The notes beneath the pieces were generated by a model. It was not told the origin of the DNA. It made no database searches and saw only the letters and a program-made list of their open reading frames with translations. Positions 53,366 to 59,010 of a stretch of 59,010 bases of DNA are shown here, one piece after another; positions within the stretch are counted from its first letter, which is position 1; the number at the start of each line of letters is the position of its first letter. The position numbers and the translations under genes are program-made. The stretch is taken from contig JAGHJJ010000012.1 of NCBI GenBank assembly GCA_017886705.1, positions 1-59,010 of the forward strand, read 5' to 3'. This DNA is from Bacilli bacterium (GTDB taxonomy: Bacteria > Bacillota_I > Bacilli_A > RF39 > UBA660).

Positions 53366-55768
53366 TTATTTAACAACAATATTAACAATCTTTCCTTTGA
53401 TAACTATCACTTTAACAATATCTTTACCATCAGTATGACGTTTAACATTTTCGGCATTCAATGCTTTTTCTTTAATTACATCTTCGTTATCATCAACAGA
53501 AATCATAATAGTTGCTCGAACCTTGCCATTTACTTGAACAGCAATTTCTTTTTCCTTCTCAACTAGACAAGTCTCATCATAAGTAGGCCAACTAGCATAA
53601 CAAATAGAATCATAACCAAGTTGTTCATTTAACTCTTCTGTCATATGTGGCGCAACAGGATTTAAAAGTATTAATAACAAACGATAATCTTCTTTTGTAA
53701 TACTTTCCAAATCATCATAAGCATTAGCCAAAATCATCAAAGCAGAAATATATGTATTATAACTCATTCTTGCTAAATCATCAGTAACTGCCTTAATTGT
53801 TTTGTTTTGAATAACAACTAAACTATCACTATAGCCAGCTTTATCATTTACTTTTTGAGCTAAGCGCTCAACTTTATCCAAGAAACGCTTACATCCTCTT
53901 AAAGATTCTGTACTCCAAGGAGCATCCTGTTGATAATCTCCCATAAACATTTCATAAGTACGTAAAGTATCAGCCCCATATTCTTTAACAATATCATCAG
54001 GATTAATAACATTTCCTTTAGATTTACTCATCTTCTGATTATCAGGTCCCAATACCATACCATGACTAACACGTACATCAATCATTTCCTTATTAGGAAC
54101 AAGCCCTATATTATATAAGAATTGTACCCAGAATCTTGCATAAAGTAAGTGACGTGCCGTATGTTCCATACCACCATTATACCAATTAACCTTTTGCCAA
54201 TATTTCATAGCATCCATAGAAGCAAACTCTTTATCGTTATGAGCATCCATAAATCTTAAGAAATACCAACTTGATCCTGCCCAGTTAGGCATCGTATCAG
54301 TCTCTCTCTTAGCAGGTCCACCACAACAAGGACAAATAGTGTTTACCCAGTCCGTAATTTTAGCAAGAGGGCTTTCACCAGTATCAGTAGGTTCATATTC
54401 AGCAACATCAGGAAGTAGTAATGGTAATTCTTCTTCCTTCATAGGTTGCCATCCACACTTCTCACAATAAATCATTGGTATTGGTTCTCCCCAGAAACGT
54501 TGTCTAGAAAAAATCCAATCTTGTAAACGATAATTTACCTTTTCACGTCCTAAACCTTTTTCTTTTAAATATTCAAGCATTCTAGCAATAGAGTCCTTCT
54601 TATTAGTAAATCCATTCAAGAAACCAGAATTAATCATCTTACCATCACCAGTATAAGCTCCCTTACTTAAATCTCCACCTTCGATTACTTGAACAATAGG
54701 AATATTAAACTTTTTAGCAAATTCATAATCTCTTTCATCATGAGCAGGAACCGCCATAATCGCACCAGTACCATATCCCATCATAACATAGTCAGATATA
54801 AATACTTCCACAGCCTTTTCAGTAATAGGATTAATAACAGTAATACCTTCTAGTTTTACACCAGTCTTATCTTTATTAACTTCTGTTCTCTCAAAAGCAC
54901 TCTTACTTTTAGCAAACTCTTGATATTTCTTTACTTCATCCATATTCGTAATAAGAGAAGAAAGTTTCTCTAAAACAGGATGTTCAGGAGCAAGTACCAT
55001 AAAAGTAACACCAAATAAAGTATCACATCTAGTAGTATAAACAGTTAACTTATCTCCAGTCTCTTGTACAGTAAAATCAACTTCTGCACCAGTAGACTTA
55101 CCAATCCAATTAATTTGACCTAACTTAACACGATCCGCAAAATGAGTATCATCTAAACCTTTAAGTAAATCTTCCGCATAATCACTCATACGAAGCATCC
55201 ATTGTTCTTTCTCTTTTTGAACAACTTTACTACCACATCTTTCACATACTCCACCTGCAGCATCTTCATTAGATAAAACACTCTTACAAGTAGGACACCA
55301 GTTAACATCTTTTTTTGCTTTATAAGCCATACCATGTTTATAAAATTGTAAAAATTGCCATTGTGTCCATTTATAATATTCAGGATCTGTAGTAGAAAAC
55401 TCACGGTCCCAGTCAAATGAAAATCCTAGAGATTGCATTTGACCTTTAAAAGTATGAATATTTTCTTTTACTGCATCCTTTGGATGAATATGATTCTTTA
55501 TAGCATATTGTTCTGCAGGAGCTCCAAAAGCATCCCATCCCATAGGAAACAAAACATTATAACCTTGCATTCTTTTCACTCTAGCAAGTACATCTTGCGC
55601 CGTATAACTCCGAACATGTCCGACATGAAGTCCAGCCCCAGAAGGATAAGGAAATTCTACTAATATATAATAAGGAGTTTTGCTTTTATCTCCTGTAACT
55701 GCTTGAAAACAATGATGTTCTTGCCAATAACTTTGCCACTTCTTCTCAATTTCACTAAAATTACGCAT
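53366..55768 (-). CDS. leuS: Leucine--tRNA ligase
   Basis: HIGH motif (GLHVGHVRSY), KMSKS motif (KMSKSKGN), CP1 editing domain, 800 aa. Confidence 0.97.
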   Translation of the reverse strand: MRNFSEIEKKWQSYWQEHHCFQAVTGDKSKTPYYILVEFPYPSGAGLHVGHVRSYTAQDVLARVKRMQGYNVLFPMGWDAFGAPAEQYAIKNHIHPKDAVKENIHTFKGQMQSLGFSFDWDREFSTTDPEYYKWTQWQFLQFYKHGMAYKAKKDVNWCPTCKSVLSNEDAAGGVCERCGSKVVQKEKEQWMLRMSDYAEDLLKGLDDTHFADRVKLGQINWIGKSTGAEVDFTVQETGDKLTVYTTRCDTLFGVTFMVLAPEHPVLEKLSSLITNMDEVKKYQEFAKSKSAFERTEVNKDKTGVKLEGITVINPITEKAVEVFISDYVMMGYGTGAIMAVPAHDERDYEFAKKFNIPIVQVIEGGDLSKGAYTGDGKMINSGFLNGFTNKKDSIARMLEYLKEKGLGREKVNYRLQDWIFSRQRFWGEPIPMIYCEKCGWQPMKEEELPLLLPDVAEYEPTDTGESPLAKITDWVNTICPCCGGPAKRETDTMPNWAGSSWYFLRFMDAHNDKEFASMDAMKYWQKVNWYNGGMEHTARHLLYARFWVQFLYNIGLVPNKEMIDVRVSHGMVLGPDNQKMSKSKGNVINPDDIVKEYGADTLRTYEMFMGDYQQDAPWSTESLRGCKRFLDKVERLAQKVNDKAGYSDSLVVIQNKTIKAVTDDLARMSYNTYISALMILANAYDDLESITKEDYRLLLILLNPVAPHMTEELNEQLGYDSICYASWPTYDETCLVEKEKEIAVQVNGKVRATIMISVDDNEDVIKEKALNAENVKRHTDGKDIVKVIVIKGKIVNIVVK

Positions 55769-56117
55769 CTTTTGTCATTCCTCTCTTTCTATAAAACATA
55801 CCAACTAAATGATAACTTAATAATATGACAGGTAAAACCAATATCAAAATTGCAAGTATTTGACCTAAATAAGAATCAAAAATCATCACAATCGATACAA
55901 TAAATGCAATATCAAACGAAGATACTAAAGCAATAATCTGTAGCAATTGTGGATAATCAACTTTCCTCATATTTAAGTGATACCGATTAATTAAATATTT
56001 AACTTCCATAGGATACTTTTTACTTTTATTTTTTTTAGCTTTTCTAACAATAAAAATTTCATAAACCAGTAATACTAACAAAAAACATAATAAGAATAAA
56101 ATTAACTCTTCTAGCAT
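55761..56117 (-). CDS. Small membrane protein (118 aa) between the Leu T-box and leuS
   Basis: AGGAGG Shine-Dalgarno 4 nt before the ATG, directly after the T-box terminator. Three hydrophobic helices. Its stop overlaps the leuS start by 8 nt. Confidence 0.65.
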   Translation of the reverse strand: MLEELILFLLCFLLVLLVYEIFIVRKAKKNKSKKYPMEVKYLINRYHLNMRKVDYPQLLQIIALVSSFDIAFIVSIVMIFDSYLGQILAILILVLPVILLSYHLVGMFYRKRGMTKDA

Positions 56118-56127
56118 AAAACCTCCT

Positions 56128-56300
56128 ATAAAAAAACGCCCTTATAAACATAAGGACGAAATATCGCGGTACCACCTTACTTCATAGTAATACTATGCAG
56201 CTTTACTGAGATAAAGGTCTAACCCTACATATTTAAAAGCTAATCAAGTTCATATACTACTTATATTTACCTTCCACCAGCAGTAAACTCTCTATCATAA
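56128..56300 (-). promoter_or_regulatory. T-box leader (leucine)
   Basis: Minus strand: GATAGAGAG Stem-I start (about 56296), candidate CUU specifier (56248-56246), T-box AGTAAGGTGGTACCGCG (56176-56165), and a terminator CGTCCTTAT-GTTT-ATAAGGGCG plus T7. Confidence 0.85.
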
Positions 56301-56342
56301 GCACATATATTACTACTATCAGCAATATGTCAACATGCTATT

Positions 56343-56371
56343 AGTATAGTAAATTTTTATAATTTTGACAA
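56343..56371 (-). promoter_or_regulatory. Putative promoter of the Leu T-box operon (TTGTCA-17 nt-TATACT)
   Basis: Minus strand: TTGTCA at 56371-56366 and TATACT at 56348-56343, with a 17-nt spacer. A second candidate (TTGACA at about 56331-56326) lies just downstream. Confidence 0.45.
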
Positions 56372-56378
56372 GCATTTT

Positions 56379-58802
56379 CTAACTAAATTCACTAATATAT
56401 TCAAGTAGTCGTAAGAACAACTGAATATACTCCTTAGAAAGACCTTGCTTTTTCAACTTACGTATCTGAATACGTTTTTGACTAACCGTATCCTTACCAA
56501 ACATTATTTTAGCAATATCTTCTTTTAAATAAGTATTAATCTGTAAGTCCACCAAAATACTTTCAATATCATCATTAATCAAACGAATAGCATCAATCTC
56601 AATATCTCTTCCCTTACAATTAACTGTTAACTGTCCAACCGTAGGACAATCAAAGATTTCAACAACGAAGTCATTACCATCAATAGATGAAGTAATAGGA
56701 ATCTTCTGGGAATTAAAATAAGCTGTAACATCTTGTGCTTGTTTTGTATTTCTAAATACTAATTTATAATTTCTCTTTTCAGGAACAATACCACTTTTAC
56801 CATCAATAGAACGAATAATAACAGTATAATTATTACGTAAATAGTTATAATCAATAGAAGTCTTCAAGAAGTAACCTTCTTTATATAAGGAAGTAATACC
56901 ATCATCTTCATATAAAGTATAAGTATTAGACACACCTGGAAAAATCTGAATTTCCATATCCGTTGGAAGTCCTACGTTATTATAATCACTTCTATTTGAT
57001 AACGGAATAATACTTCCTGCATGTGCAAATACTGGATAATCTTCTTCTTTAAAGAAAGAAACATACTTTTTATTTCCAGGAAACTTCTTTCCTGTTTTAA
57101 AATCATACCAAATACCATCAGGAATAAAGAATCGATGTACGGTACGATTCATCGTCAAATCTTTTTTATTTAGGATTGGACAAACTAATAACTGTGAACC
57201 AAAATAATACTGATTTTTATAAAGTTCATCATCATAGACCCAGAGATAATTATAATAAAATGGTTGAATAAGTGGTGTACCAGCTTTTGTATAATTATAT
57301 GCCTCTGTATATAAATAAGGAATTAAACGATGACGAAGCCGTAAATATTCAGCAGCAATATTTTCTGTTTTTACATCCCAGAGCCAAGGTTCTCTCTTAT
57401 AATATGGACCGCGTGCACCATGGAAACGTAATATTGGAGAATAAACACTAAGTTGTAAATACCGAATATAAAGCTCATTCTCTTCAATACCACCATGATT
57501 ACCACCAACATCATGACTCCACCAGCTAACACCAATATTAGCAGCATTTAAATATTGAAATGGCAATTTTTTCAAAGCATCCCAACTAACTTCACTACTA
57601 CCACCATAAAGGATAGGATAACGATGTGCTCCATAAATCCCACATCGAGAAAGAATCATACTTCTTCTATCAGGCTTTCTACCAGAATCCAAATACAAAA
57701 AATGATTAAGTACCCAGAGATTTGTAGGATTACTATCTCCTTTATAATCATTCCAAAAGAAATCTACACCAACAGCTTCCAAAGGATGTAAAAAAGCTTT
57801 CAATAATACATCTAAAATTTTAGGATTTAATGGATCAAATAAAATAATCTTATTATCAGTAACACCTAAAAATTCACTTGCTTGTTTATAGTATTGTTCA
57901 TGAGGATAAAAACCCCCTTCAGGATTAATACAAAGCCCTACACGAATACCCCTAGCATGAAATTTATCAATCATAGCCTTAGGATTACGAAACAAATTAC
58001 TATTAAAGGTATATCCCACTTTTAAAGAAGTGTAATCACCTACATTACGATAATGCCAATCATGATCAAATAACATAACCGAAATAGGAATCTTTTTTTT
58101 CTCAAATTTCTTTAATAACTCCGTAGTAGAAAAATCATCATAAGTAATATTTCTACTCCACCAATTACCAAGAGCATATCTTGGTATCATAGCGGGAGAA
58201 CCTGTTAATTTAAAATAATCAAATAAGGCCTGTTTAAAATCGCGATCATACATAAAAACATAAACATCAATATGATCAGTAGGAGGATTATCCAAAGTAC
58301 CATCCTCCATAATTACTTTATTATGGCTATCATCAATAGAGGCAAAGCCATCCAAAGAATAAAGTCCTCGACATAAATTTTTATCAACATCAACATCTAC
58401 ACCTATAAGATTACCCATCATATTTCTAGCCTCAGGATGACCATAATACCAATCCTTATTACGATCTCTTTCATGACTAGATAAAGTAATTTTTAAATTT
58501 TTCATAGGATCAACCTTTGTACCTATAAAAGGTTTCTGTCTCACATAAGCAAGATGAAAATATTTCGTAGTAATCTCTAAAAATTGTGCATCTTGTTTAA
58601 CTTGAAATTCAGGAAAACCCAAATCTCTACGCACAATAAGTTGCGTAGGACGATCTACAAAAGTCCCGCTAGGTGAATACTCTAAGCGAATAATTCTTTC
58701 TGTAATAACAGTAAAACGATAATTTTTACCCTTAATTATGGTTTTATCATCGCTTTTTGCACGCGTATAATCTACTTCAAATTGTTTTCCAAGTGGATAC
58801 AT
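56379..58802 (-). CDS. Glycoside hydrolase family 31 (alpha-glucosidase/alpha-xylosidase-like), 807 aa
   Basis: GH31 catalytic-region pattern (GVDFFWNDY with the candidate nucleophile Asp; WWSHDVGG acid/base region), plus N-terminal beta-sandwich and C-terminal domains. Confidence 0.88.
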   Translation of the reverse strand: MYPLGKQFEVDYTRAKSDDKTIIKGKNYRFTVITERIIRLEYSPSGTFVDRPTQLIVRRDLGFPEFQVKQDAQFLEITTKYFHLAYVRQKPFIGTKVDPMKNLKITLSSHERDRNKDWYYGHPEARNMMGNLIGVDVDVDKNLCRGLYSLDGFASIDDSHNKVIMEDGTLDNPPTDHIDVYVFMYDRDFKQALFDYFKLTGSPAMIPRYALGNWWSRNITYDDFSTTELLKKFEKKKIPISVMLFDHDWHYRNVGDYTSLKVGYTFNSNLFRNPKAMIDKFHARGIRVGLCINPEGGFYPHEQYYKQASEFLGVTDNKIILFDPLNPKILDVLLKAFLHPLEAVGVDFFWNDYKGDSNPTNLWVLNHFLYLDSGRKPDRRSMILSRCGIYGAHRYPILYGGSSEVSWDALKKLPFQYLNAANIGVSWWSHDVGGNHGGIEENELYIRYLQLSVYSPILRFHGARGPYYKREPWLWDVKTENIAAEYLRLRHRLIPYLYTEAYNYTKAGTPLIQPFYYNYLWVYDDELYKNQYYFGSQLLVCPILNKKDLTMNRTVHRFFIPDGIWYDFKTGKKFPGNKKYVSFFKEEDYPVFAHAGSIIPLSNRSDYNNVGLPTDMEIQIFPGVSNTYTLYEDDGITSLYKEGYFLKTSIDYNYLRNNYTVIIRSIDGKSGIVPEKRNYKLVFRNTKQAQDVTAYFNSQKIPITSSIDGNDFVVEIFDCPTVGQLTVNCKGRDIEIDAIRLINDDIESILVDLQINTYLKEDIAKIMFGKDTVSQKRIQIRKLKKQGLSKEYIQLFLRLLEYISEFS

Positions 58803-58830
58803 ACCAACACCTTCTTATTATTCTAGTAAC

Positions 58831-58859
58831 ATAATATCATAATTTAGAAAATATTCCAA
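58831..58859 (-). promoter_or_regulatory. Putative promoter of the GH31 gene (TTGGAA-17 nt-TATTAT, with TG extension)
   Basis: Minus strand: TTGGAA at 58859-58854 and TGATATTAT ending at 58831. Confidence 0.4.
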
Positions 58860-58860
58860 G

Positions 58861-58885
58861 AAAAAAATAGCAATCGCTATTTTCT
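58861..58885. terminator. Small bidirectional hairpin
   Basis: A7-ATAGC-AATC-GCTAT-TTTTCT. On the minus strand it could terminate a gene lying beyond the right edge. Confidence 0.35.
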
Positions 58886-59010
58886 ATAAATGGAAATAAT
58901 AAGTGTCCGCACATCTAATTACCTAAATGTAAGTTATTTTATTGATTTAATAGTAACATGTTTGAACTTTTGTAGTCAAACATTGCACGTGGATAATTAT
59001 TTATCCAATC

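Noticed and set aside
1-59010. Search for CRISPR arrays, tRNA/rRNA genes, integrases, intact transposases, toxin-antitoxin pairs and known defence-system signatures
   Set aside because: I saw no regularly spaced direct repeats, no tRNA-like T-arm (GGTTCGAATCC-type) sequences, no rRNA-like segments, and no recombinase, nuclease or NTPase motifs in any unassigned ORF. This was a by-eye scan and is not exhaustive.

Overview
The window is very AT-rich, roughly 30% G+C by eye, and densely coding. It looks like core chromosome of a low-GC, endospore-forming Bacillota. The taxon is inference only; the compact RNase P RNA and the gene content suggest an Erysipelotrichia- or Clostridia-like organism.

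Most genes are recognisable housekeeping genes, and as far as I recall their local order matches Bacillus subtilis:
- rodZ-pgsA-recA...rny
- gpsB-rnpB
- recU-ponA
- dnaD-nth
- cca, hup, der
- thiI next to an ssp gene
- ezrA, rpsD, tyrS
- a DUF948/YtxH pair, trmB, a MurJ-like flippase, leuS

Sporulation genes are scattered through the window: spoIVA, a spoVIF-like gene, an alpha/beta-type SASP and a cse60-like gene.

Non-coding features I can support are an RNase P RNA, two T-box leaders (Tyr and Leu), an rpsD leader behind a consensus promoter, a LexA-type box at recA, and many intrinsic terminators.

I found no tRNA or rRNA genes, no CRISPR array, no intact transposase or integrase, and no recognisable defence system. 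None of the orphan proteins shows Walker-A NTPase or nuclease motifs.

The parts most worth a second look:
1. An internally deleted IS200/IS605-type tnpB relic at 38332-38616. It keeps a promoter, both ends of the gene and a terminal hairpin, so it is a candidate orphan omega-RNA locus. A 30/32-identical copy of its end lies upstream of thiI.
2. A thymidylate-synthase-like core flanked by MtrA-like and DUF4346-like regions (51828-53231).
3. A cse60-like gene followed by two translationally coupled paralogous orphan proteins (47590-50780).
4. A 951-aa orphan protein (16998-19853).
5. Coding sequence placed between each T-box terminator and its aminoacyl-tRNA synthetase gene.
6. Two diverged acetate-kinase paralogs flanking a secreted orphan protein.
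7. A pilin-like gene overlapping the 3' end of ezrA.

I cannot identify a single clear-cut novel system from sequence alone. All functional ideas for the orphan genes are hypotheses.
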